From an uncultured Candidatus Saccharibacteria bacterium (GTDB lineage: Bacteria; Patescibacteriota; Minisyncoccia; Phycocordibacterales; UBA918): a DNA stretch of 64,000 nt. The DNA lies in contig CAYGKO010000002.1 of assembly GCA_964350735.1 (NCBI GenBank), forward strand, positions 155,566 through 219,565, read 5' to 3'. Below, piece by piece: positions 28,188-37,745 of the stretch. Within the stretch, counting starts at the first letter, position 1. The number at the start of each line of letters is the position of its first letter. The notes below the pieces were generated by a model. The model did no database searches. It was not told where the DNA came from and worked only from the letters and a program-made list of their open reading frames with translations. The translations under genes were made by a program, and so were the position numbers.

Positions 28188-28259
28188 AGCAATAAGTTAA
28201 TTTGTGTGCCCCAATTATACGCGGATTAATGCTCGGGTCAACGAAGGGCAAAATGTGGA

Positions 28260-29969
28260 TTACTCAGTTCTGTTTTCACTTGTTTCCAACCCTAGATACT
28301 CTGGTCGGTACACTGACATCCACTCCACCACATCGCCCATCAACCGCGTTCCACCCAAACTATTAGAGTACGGAGCATTCTCCATCAACATAATAAAGGC
28401 ATACTGTGGTTCTTCGGCTGGCCAATATCCGGCAGCCCAAGTATTGAGACGGGACTTAGCAAAATCAAGCTCTGCGGTACCTGATTTAGCGGCGATGGCT
28501 ACATCCTTACGTTCAAGGCTTCTTGCCGTACCACCGTCCATATTTACGGTCTTACGCATACCTTCCTGCACGATCGCAAGCTTGGCAGCATCTAAATTCA
28601 AATCTTGATATTCACCGACCTGATCTTTTGCCACGTGCGGGGTAAACAACTTTCCACCGTTAGCGAGCGCTCCGTACGCCGCCAACATTTGTATTGGTGT
28701 CACCTGGAATCCGTACTGACCAATCGCGGTGAAATAGGTGTCTCCTAACCGCCAGTCGTCATCAAAATTAGCTTGTTTCCACTCTGGATTTGGAACTGTT
28801 CCTACTTGTTCGTTAGCTAAGTCTACTCCAGTTTCACGACCAAAACCAAACGTGGTGAAATATTCATGCATTCTCGTGATGCCTAAGCCCTCTTGATCAA
28901 GAAATCCGCCACCAATGATGTAAAAATATACGTTTGATGAGAATGCGATCGCTTCGCGCATGGTCATCTTGCCATGGGCTCGCCAGTCTCTAAAAATAGA
29001 GGGGTTGCTTGGATTGTATGGATTTGGAATCACGATCTCGCCCGTACTCACTATCGTCTTATTCGGACTGATCACATCTTCTGCCAGTGCTGCATACGCT
29101 ACAAACGGCTTCACGATTGAACCAGGAGTATAGGCGCCTGCTACCACCTTGTTCAAAAACGGAAACCGATCATCATTATTGTATTGCTGGATCAAAGCAA
29201 TATCATCACCATCAGCCATTACCTCTGGGTCGTACGACGGGTAACTTGTCATCGCAATAAGTTCACCGGTATGAATATTCATAATTGCGCCAGCCCCGCT
29301 ACGTGATCCGGACTGAGTGGTAGATGTTGAAATGATGTTATACATCGCTTCAGACAATTCAGCGTCCAGTGACAGCGTAATACCTTCCCCGGGCGATGGC
29401 GACTTAATCGCATATTCTGAAATCACCGCTCCTAATGCATTCACCTCGATGATCTGCTCGCCATTTTCACCAGCCAACACATCATTAAACGAGCTTTCGA
29501 CACCGTTTCGTCCCACATACTCAGTCCGGTAATAAAAACCACTCGTGTCTTTCAAGGGGTAGCTAACATAGCCAATCAGTTGTCCGAGCCCTACTCGATC
29601 AGTGTACGCCCGGACCGGGAATAAATATTCATCAGTATAATCTTCTTCATTCCACGCTAACATTTCTCCATTACGATCATAAATCACCCCTCGCTCAGCA
29701 ATAATCACTCCAGCATCCATGCGATTCCGTTCACTCTGTTCTCGGTACTCAGCGCCGTACAGAACCTGCAACGAGAACAGTTTTCCAAAAAACAGCAGTG
29801 CTACAATTCCAAATAAAAGCGCCACTACATACACGCTTCTTTCAGTGATCGGAAGCTCCATCCGACCCTCCATCCGACCCATATTAAAAGAAGAAACATT
29901 TGTAGAATCTAAGAAAATCTCATCAAAGGAAACCTCCTCCTTGCGGGGTCGTTTAAACATTAGATTCAT
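28260..29969 (-). CDS. mrdA: Penicillin-binding protein 2 (elongasome transpeptidase).
   Basis: TM anchor. SxxK GSIVKPF, SxN, and KSGTA (KTG) motif. Lies directly downstream of mreBCD. Confidence 0.75.
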   Translation of the reverse strand: MNLMFKRPRKEEVSFDEIFLDSTNVSSFNMGRMEGRMELPITERSVYVVALLFGIVALLFFGKLFSLQVLYGAEYREQSERNRMDAGVIIAERGVIYDRNGEMLAWNEEDYTDEYLFPVRAYTDRVGLGQLIGYVSYPLKDTSGFYYRTEYVGRNGVESSFNDVLAGENGEQIIEVNALGAVISEYAIKSPSPGEGITLSLDAELSEAMYNIISTSTTQSGSRSGAGAIMNIHTGELIAMTSYPSYDPEVMADGDDIALIQQYNNDDRFPFLNKVVAGAYTPGSIVKPFVAYAALAEDVISPNKTIVSTGEIVIPNPYNPSNPSIFRDWRAHGKMTMREAIAFSSNVYFYIIGGGFLDQEGLGITRMHEYFTTFGFGRETGVDLANEQVGTVPNPEWKQANFDDDWRLGDTYFTAIGQYGFQVTPIQMLAAYGALANGGKLFTPHVAKDQVGEYQDLNLDAAKLAIVQEGMRKTVNMDGGTARSLERKDVAIAAKSGTAELDFAKSRLNTWAAGYWPAEEPQYAFIMLMENAPYSNSLGGTRLMGDVVEWMSVYRPEYLGLETSENRTE

Positions 29970-30204
29970 TATAAAACAAAAGTCTTGGCTTTACCCACTC
30001 AAGCAACAGTAGTATGGCGGCAGTAGCCAGAAGATATAGTGGGTATTCTGAACTATGACCAAAATAAATATCTACTGCCGCTGCAATAAACAAGAGTTCG
30101 GACCCACTCCATACAAAAGCATGAGCAGCAAAAAGCAGGAGTGCGAGTGGCAGTGGTACTAGCGTACTCAAAAAAAGTAAGGTTATCGCTGAGACGATTC
30201 TCAT
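29953..30204 (-). CDS. mreD: Small membrane protein, MreD-like.
   Basis: 83 aa, almost entirely hydrophobic. Its position between mreC and mrdA is conserved. Confidence 0.4.
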   Translation of the reverse strand: MRIVSAITLLFLSTLVPLPLALLLFAAHAFVWSGSELLFIAAAVDIYFGHSSEYPLYLLATAAILLLLEWVKPRLLFYNESNV

Positions 30205-31163
30205 GAATCAGTTTCATTATCTGAAGGAGTGCTGGTGGCTTCTGTTGAAGTAGCCTCAGTTGGAATCTCTACCAATACCCCATCTGGCACCACAATCTTG
30301 GTTAGATTTTCTGTGACCACCCTGACTCGTTCACGAGCGGTCTCAAAATCTGACTCATCAATTTGCTCAGTACCAACACTCACCCAACGTAAGCTTTGCA
30401 ATGGCACATCAATGGTTACATAGCCGTATTGCTCAGGCCTGGTTTCGACTGAATCAATAGAAACAATCTGACCATACACCCCAGCATCAAAGGACGGAAT
30501 AACAACCAGGTCACCTGGGGCTAACGGCACTCCTTGTGGTACTCCTACTTCAAGCACGCCGCCGCCCTGTCCGACAGCAGTGGTGTAGATATTGGGACCA
30601 ATAATATACACCGTTGATTCGAGCCCAGGCGAACTCACCAATGACACTACTGACGTGCCGCCAAACACTTCACTAACATATCCAATCACTTGATCCCGAC
30701 CAATAAACACCGGGGTATGTATTTGCACCCCATCAGCTGAACCTTGATCTAAGACCAGCACATCATAGGGAAGCACTGTAGGTCGTCCGATTACTCCAGC
30801 TGCGATTCTTGAAGTCGACGTGGCACCAAGAAGTTCTCGCAAACGTTCGTTTTCTTTCAGTAGCCGACTAACTGTTAGGTCAGAACCGCTTTGGAAAGAT
30901 ATGATCTGATCTCGCTCTTTAAGTTGCTCTAATAGCGCATTACGATCTCTAAAATATGACGGGATAGTATCAGTTGATTGATTGAGCCAATGCTGCACAG
31001 AAATAACTGGAGACATCACAATCGAAGCAACAAAGCTCAGTGTCCGCGGCACTAGATAAAAAGCTACCAGCAGTATTACAACCAGGACAGCAATTCTAAA
31101 TAAACGCTTATTCCGCGAGTTGCGACGTAAGCTCGCCTTCATTGTCGATGAGAATCTCTTCAT
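30201..31163 (-). CDS. mreC: Rod shape-determining protein MreC.
   Basis: N-terminal basic region plus TM. Coiled coil LKENERLRELL, then beta-rich periplasmic domains. S/T/E-rich C-terminal tail. Confidence 0.7.
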   Translation of the reverse strand: MKRFSSTMKASLRRNSRNKRLFRIAVLVVILLVAFYLVPRTLSFVASIVMSPVISVQHWLNQSTDTIPSYFRDRNALLEQLKERDQIISFQSGSDLTVSRLLKENERLRELLGATSTSRIAAGVIGRPTVLPYDVLVLDQGSADGVQIHTPVFIGRDQVIGYVSEVFGGTSVVSLVSSPGLESTVYIIGPNIYTTAVGQGGGVLEVGVPQGVPLAPGDLVVIPSFDAGVYGQIVSIDSVETRPEQYGYVTIDVPLQSLRWVSVGTEQIDESDFETARERVRVVTENLTKIVVPDGVLVEIPTEATSTEATSTPSDNETDS

Positions 31164-32184
31164 AGCGATCTAAATCTTCTAATACAATCCCCGTTCCGCG
31201 CACCACTGCTCGCAGTGGATCAGGCACGATAATAACTGGCACCTGAATCACTTCTTCTAACAGTGTAGCAAAACCAGGAATCAATGCTCCGCCGCCAGAG
31301 AGATGAATGCCGCGCTGCATAATATCAGCCAGTACTTCAGGTGGCGTCTGCTCCAAGACCGTCCGAACACTATCGACAATCGAATCTACTGATTGTGAAA
31401 TGGCATTCCGGATATCAGCGTCGGTGATCACCACCTCTCGCGGCAATCCAGTGACCACGTCGCGCCCACGCACCACTAGTTCCTTTACTTCATCTAGATG
31501 CTCAAGCCCCGCTAATTTAACCTTGGCGTCTTCGGCTGTCTTGTCACCAACCAGTACTTTGAATTGATCCCGGATATAGGTCACAATCGCTGTATTAAGA
31601 TGGTCCCCTGCCAGCCGTAGGTTTTTTGAAGTCACGATACCTCCAAGTGAAATGACAGCAATATTGGCAGTCCCGCCACCAATATCAATAATCATACTGC
31701 CGCCGGCTTTATCTACTGGCAACTTCGCCCCGATAGCCGCCGCCATTGGCTCGGTGATCAGATATACGTCGCGCGCACCAGCGTTTTTAGCCGCATCACG
31801 CGCCGCCCGCATCTCTACGTTAGTAATACCGCAGGGCACGCCAATCAGTACTCGTGGTGCTACGATTGAACGCATGTCGCTACGGACTTTATTGATTAGA
31901 TACGCCAACATTTCCTCAGTCACTTCAAAATCCGAAATCACGCCTTCCACCAAAGGTCGGACCACTTCAATGTGTGCTGGTGTTCTGCCAAGCATGTTTT
32001 TTGCTTCGGTACCAACAGCAACCAGTTGGCCCGTTTTTTTATTGATAGCAACAATAGTGGGTTCGTTGAGTACAATTCCCTGACCTTTCACATACACGAG
32101 CGTATTGGCTGTACCAAGATCAATCCCGATATCAGTAGAGACACTTTCGAGCAATCGATTTAGTTGACGGGAAAGTAACGACAT
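31108..32184 (-). CDS. mreB: Actin-like rod shape-determining protein MreB.
   Basis: IGIDLGTANTLVYV phosphate-1, DIGGGT phosphate-2, adenosine motif. Confidence 0.85.
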   Translation of the reverse strand: MSLLSRQLNRLLESVSTDIGIDLGTANTLVYVKGQGIVLNEPTIVAINKKTGQLVAVGTEAKNMLGRTPAHIEVVRPLVEGVISDFEVTEEMLAYLINKVRSDMRSIVAPRVLIGVPCGITNVEMRAARDAAKNAGARDVYLITEPMAAAIGAKLPVDKAGGSMIIDIGGGTANIAVISLGGIVTSKNLRLAGDHLNTAIVTYIRDQFKVLVGDKTAEDAKVKLAGLEHLDEVKELVVRGRDVVTGLPREVVITDADIRNAISQSVDSIVDSVRTVLEQTPPEVLADIMQRGIHLSGGGALIPGFATLLEEVIQVPVIIVPDPLRAVVRGTGIVLEDLDRYEEILIDNEGELTSQLAE

Positions 32185-32262
32185 AGTTGGGCTATCATAC
32201 TATAAATTGTAAAAGGCCGCCAAAATGCAAGCATTTTGGCGGCCTTTTACCTATTCATTCTC

Positions 32263-33522
32263 TTACGCGCCGAAATCAGCGTACAACTCTTCTTCTGTTA
32301 GATATTTTACCTCTCCTGTCGCACGCACTACTACTTCAAATTTTCCTTCCTCTTTCGTCTTCTTACTCACCACGACGCGGTACGGCATCCCGAGTAAATC
32401 AGAATCAGCAAACTTCTCTCCCGGCCGAGCATCGCGATCATCATAGAGCACTTCAACTCCTCGTTTCTGGAGCGCTGAATAAATGCCAGCGGTGTAATCA
32501 GCAATTTCGGTGTCATCTGAATTAAGACCAACCAAATGGACTTTATAAGGTGCCACTTCCTCTGGCCATACAATCCCTTTTTCGTCAGCCAAAAGATCCA
32601 CCACTGTTCCCATCGCTCGAGCTGGTCCAATTCCATATGATCCCATGATCACTGGTTGATCATTTCCATCTTCATCTTTAAACTGCAAGCCAATCGATTC
32701 TGAAAACTTCGTACCCAGTGAGAAAATATTCCCCACCTCAATACTCTTTCGCTCTGTCAATTCTTCTCGTGTTACTCCAAGTTCGGATAAGTCCGTCTCC
32801 TCAAGCACCTCTTCATTCACCGCAATACCCTTCTCTTCATTCACGTATACAATATCCTCACCAGCCTCAGCCAGAGTTTGAAACTCATGTGAAAACTTGG
32901 TAAATGCTCCCCCTGAGGCAAAGGTTTTATACGTTTGGTCTCCAATACCAAGTCGATCAAAAATCTTCATGTACGCCTCGCCACAAGCTTCATAAAAAGC
33001 TTCATGCTGTTCAGTCGTGGCGCAAAAAGAATACAGATCTTTCATCCAGAATTCACGCGTTCGCATAATCCCACTCTTTGCTCGCATTTCATTGCGAAAT
33101 TTATTTTGGATTTGATAGGCAAAGAATGGCAGGTCTTTATATGAAGATACGTACTGACGCATAATGTTGGTAATCACTTCTTCATGGGTCCATGCCAACC
33201 CCACTTCACCACCAGCCTTCAACTCAGTCTTGAACCACACATCTACTTTGTCATCAGACCATCGATCACTCTGCTCCCAGAGACGTGATTCTTGCAGACT
33301 TGGCATATGCATCTCTTGGCCGCCGATTGCATCCATTTCGTCTCGGATTACGCCATTGATCTTATCAATCACCCGCAAACCAAGTGGTAGAAAGCTATAC
33401 GCTCCAGCCATATTCTTATAGATGTATCCAGCCTGAATCAATAACTGAGCGTTCTTAGCTACCTCATCAGCTGGTGCCTCTTTCTTTGTCTTCGTAAATA
33501 GTTGTGTTTGTCGCATATACAA
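32263..33522 (-). CDS. proS: Prolyl-tRNA synthetase, compact form lacking the bacterial INS editing domain.
   Basis: N-terminal ProRS pattern (TQLFTKTKKE.PADEV..N.QLLIQAGYI ... YSFLPLGLRV). Class II motifs are present. 419 aa against ~570 aa for INS-containing ProRS. Confidence 0.75.
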   Translation of the reverse strand: MYMRQTQLFTKTKKEAPADEVAKNAQLLIQAGYIYKNMAGAYSFLPLGLRVIDKINGVIRDEMDAIGGQEMHMPSLQESRLWEQSDRWSDDKVDVWFKTELKAGGEVGLAWTHEEVITNIMRQYVSSYKDLPFFAYQIQNKFRNEMRAKSGIMRTREFWMKDLYSFCATTEQHEAFYEACGEAYMKIFDRLGIGDQTYKTFASGGAFTKFSHEFQTLAEAGEDIVYVNEEKGIAVNEEVLEETDLSELGVTREELTERKSIEVGNIFSLGTKFSESIGLQFKDEDGNDQPVIMGSYGIGPARAMGTVVDLLADEKGIVWPEEVAPYKVHLVGLNSDDTEIADYTAGIYSALQKRGVEVLYDDRDARPGEKFADSDLLGMPYRVVVSKKTKEEGKFEVVVRATGEVKYLTEEELYADFGA

Positions 33523-33632
33523 TAATTACTTTAGTAAATCTACTCTAAATCTAGCTTGTATACCCAACGGGAACCTGTGTGCAGGTAAGATTCATAATAA
33601 TCGTATTCTATAGAAATTTGCTTAGAGCGCAA

Positions 33633-34718
33633 TTATAACAACTTTATAATATCGTTATAGGTCACTGCTACCATCAGCAGCATTAAGAGCAAGAAGCCGA
33701 CGGTATTGAGGCGCATGACCCAGACTGGGTTTATCGGGCGGCGGGTTACGCTTTCGATTGCCACAAATACGAGCCGGCCGCCGTCGAGGGCTGGGAATGG
33801 TAGCAGGTTGATTACTGCTAAGTTCAGGGAAATCACTGCCGTAAACAAAAGTAAGGAAGTAAAACCAAATTCAGCCGCATTACCTACCAAGCCCACGATA
33901 CCAACCGGACCAGCGACCTGTGAGAAGTCGGCTTCACCGCGGACACTATCTACAATCAGTGACCCGAGGCCAACAGTAATCGCTCCCAGGGTTTGAATTG
34001 TGGTTACACTCGCATCACGAATGGCTAAATGAATTGGCTGCTGCACATTTTCTACCAGTGCGAGTGCGACTCCAACCGCTGGTCGATCAGCATCGGAATC
34101 AATCACCCCAGCCTGCGGTGCTAATTCTGTTGTCCGTTCTTCTCCTCCCTGCTCATACGTTACACTCATCATGGTGTGATCTTCGGTGAAGGCACTAAAT
34201 GATGATGGTGAAAGAATCATGTCAACATCCTCACCTGATGCCAGGCCTGTAATAGTCACCCCAGGTCGTAAGCCAGCTTCAGCCGCTGGACTATCAGGCA
34301 ATACTTCTGTAATAACCAAACGAGCATCTTCAGTAGCGGTCATTTCATCAACAATACTCGGTACTCCCATCATAAAAATGATCACGTAGAGGAACCACGC
34401 AAAAATAATGTTCATGGTTACTCCAGCAAACAACACCACCGCTTGCGCCCACTTACTTTTGGCTACAAATGATCGACTGTAATCTCCCCCATCCTCTGCC
34501 GACTCAGCATCCTCACCCCAAATCCGTACAAAGCCACCAATCGGAAGCGCGTTAAAGGTATATTCAGTCTCACCTTTCTTTATACCAAATAGTCTTGGTG
34601 GAAAACCGATACCAAATTCATCGACGCGCATCCCTGTCTTCTTAGCCACAATAAAATGACCCCATTCGTGAACCAGGATTAAGACAAAAAGAACTAGAAA
34701 AAATAAAAGAACTGCCAT
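33633..34718 (-). CDS. rseP: Site-2 protease (RseP/M50 family zinc metalloprotease) with a PDZ domain.
   Basis: HEWGHFIVAK (HExxH) in TM1. A PDZ-like central region. LDGG motif near the C-terminus. Confidence 0.8.
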   Translation of the reverse strand: MAVLLFFLVLFVLILVHEWGHFIVAKKTGMRVDEFGIGFPPRLFGIKKGETEYTFNALPIGGFVRIWGEDAESAEDGGDYSRSFVAKSKWAQAVVLFAGVTMNIIFAWFLYVIIFMMGVPSIVDEMTATEDARLVITEVLPDSPAAEAGLRPGVTITGLASGEDVDMILSPSSFSAFTEDHTMMSVTYEQGGEERTTELAPQAGVIDSDADRPAVGVALALVENVQQPIHLAIRDASVTTIQTLGAITVGLGSLIVDSVRGEADFSQVAGPVGIVGLVGNAAEFGFTSLLLFTAVISLNLAVINLLPFPALDGGRLVFVAIESVTRRPINPVWVMRLNTVGFLLLMLLMVAVTYNDIIKLL

Positions 34719-34719
34719 G

Positions 34720-35265
34720 CTAATTTCCTACTTCGTTCTCTTTTTTGGTAAACATATTTTCTAAGACTCTATTTGTTGCATCAATCATTTTCTGAATGGC
34801 TTCTTTTTTGGTAAATTTTTCGTCTTCACTAATGTCGCCATTTTTCTGCTCGGCATCCAATGCCTTCATTGCATCATCACGCACTCCACGAGCTGAGATC
34901 CGAGCATCTTCCATTTTTTGTTTCGCCAGCTTTAGTAACTGCGTTCGACGATCAGCAGTAAGTTCTGGGAATATGATTCGCAGTCCAGCTGAATCGGTTG
35001 CGACCGACACACCAAGGTCGGCTTCTTGAATCGCTCGTTCGATTCCAGCAATTGCGCTTGCGTCCCAAGGAGACACTCTCAGTGTACGCGCATCTTCAAT
35101 ACTGACCGAACCAACTTGGTTGATCGGAGAAAGCGCACCATAGTTATCTACTTTGATATTATCTAAAAGTGCCGGAGCTGCTTGACCAGTTCGAATGCCC
35201 GAAAATTCTTTCGTAAGCCATTCTTCTACTCCTTTCAGCCGTGACTGTATTTCTTGTGTATCCAT
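34720..35265 (-). CDS. frr: Ribosome recycling factor.
   Basis: Length and pattern (KVDNYG, ... IRTGQA ..., C-terminal coiled coil) are typical of Frr. Confidence 0.85.
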   Translation of the reverse strand: MDTQEIQSRLKGVEEWLTKEFSGIRTGQAAPALLDNIKVDNYGALSPINQVGSVSIEDARTLRVSPWDASAIAGIERAIQEADLGVSVATDSAGLRIIFPELTADRRTQLLKLAKQKMEDARISARGVRDDAMKALDAEQKNGDISEDEKFTKKEAIQKMIDATNRVLENMFTKKENEVGN

Positions 35266-35306
35266 AAAATATATTCAATGATTAGCAAGTCCAATAATAA
35301 CACCAT

Positions 35307-35930
35307 TTAAGGAGCATGACTAAGTGGTAGCGTCAACGCAAGGGCTTCAAGTAGCATTTTCTTTGACCCACCCCGTCTACGCAAGTTTGTATCAATAAAA
35401 ATAAGTTCCTGTGTTTCCCTAGCTGTATTTGAAGTAATCTTCGAACAATACTGCTGCAAACCAGTATGCATGGAATCTATCCAGTGCGTATCTTTTTTCT
35501 TGGTTTTTTCACCAACCACAGTCAGTCGATCTGCATATGATAAAGATAAAAAATCAGAAAATGATTCGTCAGCTGTATCGATACCTTGATCTGCCAAGTG
35601 ATCAAGCTGTAAGCGTGAACGTAAAGTTGGCAACAAAATAGATTCTCTTGGGAGGCTGACATAAAAAACACTGGTCTGAGGTGGATCTTCGAACAGTTTC
35701 AACAGTGCGTTTTGGGCTTCGGTTGTAATCGTGTTAGTACGCAGCACAAAGGCCCGAACTTTATTTGTCAGTGGTCGCACTGTTGCCTGCTGAGAAAGTG
35801 CTCGAGCGTCACCAATACCAAATGCATCGATAAAAACATGCTCAACGTCAGTACCGGGTGTTCGTATTTCTTCAGGCAAAATCTCAAGCGAAAAATCCTG
35901 TGAGATATACAGAGTGGCGTGATGTTTCAT
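35307..35930 (-). CDS. holB: DNA polymerase III delta-prime-like clamp-loader subunit, short form without a P-loop.
   Basis: NALLKLFEDPPQTSVFYVSLPRESILLPTLRSRLQ matches the clamp-loader box VII / sensor region (nalLKtLEEPP ... ll.TI.SRc). No Walker A is present. 207 aa. Confidence 0.5.
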   Translation of the reverse strand: MKHHATLYISQDFSLEILPEEIRTPGTDVEHVFIDAFGIGDARALSQQATVRPLTNKVRAFVLRTNTITTEAQNALLKLFEDPPQTSVFYVSLPRESILLPTLRSRLQLDHLADQGIDTADESFSDFLSLSYADRLTVVGEKTKKKDTHWIDSMHTGLQQYCSKITSNTARETQELIFIDTNLRRRGGSKKMLLEALALTLPLSHAP

Positions 35931-35940
35931 TACCTACACT

Positions 35941-37350
35941 TTACTCAGCCTTTGGTTGCTTGGCAAGAATAGCTGTGATGACTCGTCGTAGATAATGTTC
36001 AAAAGTCTCACCAATCTCATGCACCATCCCTTGCTCATAGCGCCACCCATTCATGTAATCAGTCAGACTTTGTTTCACCTCCGTCGAAGCCCCTTCAAAT
36101 CGCCCTGAAACCACTGAAGACATTGGCAACGCTGCCAAAGTTTTATACATTGGGTGTTCACGTCCGCTTGGACCAGTTCCAAACAGTCCACTACTCTTGA
36201 ACAAACTCCACTCAGAAAGTAATTGATCCAGGCCATTAGTAATCTTTGGATCCATAAGCGGGTCTGCATTAGTGGAAGCTGGGGCGACTTCAGGAACTGG
36301 GGTATTTTTCTCTTTTTCAATAGATTCATTCTGTAGATCAGTAGCTAACGACTTCAAGCCGCCTGCACTTGGTACCGCTGGTTCTGGTGAGTCTTGCAGT
36401 GGTTCAAGACTGACTTCAGGCGCAGAAGGTTCTGACTTAGGAACAGTGGCTGGAGTTACTGGTTCTGGAACTGGATCAGCGACTGGTGCTGAAATCGGTT
36501 CAGCTGCCGTAACTTCTGGAGCTGGTGTGGGTTCTACTGATTTAGCTGCGGCTGCGAAACCTGAAACCGGTGCGGCAGTCATAGTCGCGGCTACTGGTGT
36601 TGGCGTAGTCTCAATAGTATCCAAAGGGGTTTCTTTGAGAGTTTTCTCAACGGACTCGTAAGCGGTTTCAAGGCGCTGCATTGCTGCAGTGACGGCAGAC
36701 GATTCGCCGCCATGCACTTTCTTCATTGCATCAAGTAAAGCATTCATGTACTCACGTCCCACTTCGTTATTAGCATCAATCAGATTAACCGGGTTTCCCA
36801 CCTTTTCGTTTACCAGCTTCTTAATTTCTTTAATTCTACCCAGGTGATCTACTGGAGAATCAGGCACCGGAACCGCAGGCACAGGGTCAACTTCTGAAGC
36901 AGAACTAACTACGTCTTCAGTTTGAACAACTTCTTCTTTTACCGTCGTTGGCTTCAAATCTGGCAGCGGAGCAGCTGTTGGTGTTGGTGTTGGTGTTGTC
37001 GGCAAGTTTTGTGCAAAAATTGGCTTCGGGCGAGCAGAACCAAATGAAGCTCGCGGTAATACTGGTTCTTCAGCTTTTAACGACACTGTTTGCGCCTCGT
37101 TATTACTTCTACTATCAAAAACCTCAACGTTATCGATGAGTGTTAAGTTCTCAGTAATTTGCGTAAAAAGATTATGATTTGGGGTAAACACATAATCCAG
37201 AATCATGTTGCGTGTTACATTCTGTAACTCAGGGTCCATGGCTTTGCCTCGGACATAGTTAAGCAGCGCCAGCGCATCAGTTTGGCTAGAAAGATCAAAA
37301 GATTTTTTGGCAACAGCTCCAGCTGATGCTCCAAGAACACTACCCTGCAT
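35941..37350 (-). CDS. Hypothetical protein with long Pro/Thr/Ala/Val-rich linkers. Last gene of the VirB4-like operon.
   Basis: Low-complexity PTTPTPTPTAAPLP and PVPEPVTPATVP segments flank a helical central domain. No TM was seen. Confidence 0.4.
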   Translation of the reverse strand: MQGSVLGASAGAVAKKSFDLSSQTDALALLNYVRGKAMDPELQNVTRNMILDYVFTPNHNLFTQITENLTLIDNVEVFDSRSNNEAQTVSLKAEEPVLPRASFGSARPKPIFAQNLPTTPTPTPTAAPLPDLKPTTVKEEVVQTEDVVSSASEVDPVPAVPVPDSPVDHLGRIKEIKKLVNEKVGNPVNLIDANNEVGREYMNALLDAMKKVHGGESSAVTAAMQRLETAYESVEKTLKETPLDTIETTPTPVAATMTAAPVSGFAAAAKSVEPTPAPEVTAAEPISAPVADPVPEPVTPATVPKSEPSAPEVSLEPLQDSPEPAVPSAGGLKSLATDLQNESIEKEKNTPVPEVAPASTNADPLMDPKITNGLDQLLSEWSLFKSSGLFGTGPSGREHPMYKTLAALPMSSVVSGRFEGASTEVKQSLTDYMNGWRYEQGMVHEIGETFEHYLRRVITAILAKQPKAE

Positions 37351-37413
37351 GTACGAAGATTATATCACAGCTGTTTTACGAGCCCTGCATCTTTACCGCA
37401 GCCAATCTGTGCA

Positions 37414-37731
37414 TTATTCTTCTAAACCTTCAGTCGCTTCAATCATTTCTGATTTTAGAGTAGTCACATGCTTTTCAAGTAGGGAACTAAACGTAGGGTA
37501 CGATTTAATCAAATGTTCGAGCATAACCTCTGTTGCAGGCTCAGTTTCAAGATAGTGTTCCAAGGCAGTTTGCTGCCCTTCATTAAGTGACGCTGAAAAA
37601 TCGACCAGTACCGCACTCATCACTGTGCTTCCTATTTGGGCAATAAACGCTTCTTGCTCGATTGGTGTTAAACCCTGCATGCCTAGCAGCGTGACTATTT
37701 CTTGATCAAGAACTGAAGTTGTATCGTTCAT
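37414..37731 (-). CDS. Small acidic helical protein (105 aa) immediately downstream of the 1436-aa protein. Chaperone-like.
   Basis: Predicted pI is very acidic. No TM. The gap to the upstream gene is 15 nt. Confidence 0.35.
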   Translation of the reverse strand: MNDTTSVLDQEIVTLLGMQGLTPIEQEAFIAQIGSTVMSAVLVDFSASLNEGQQTALEHYLETEPATEVMLEHLIKSYPTFSSLLEKHVTTLKSEMIEATEGLEE

Positions 37732-37745
37732 AAAGGTATTTAAGG

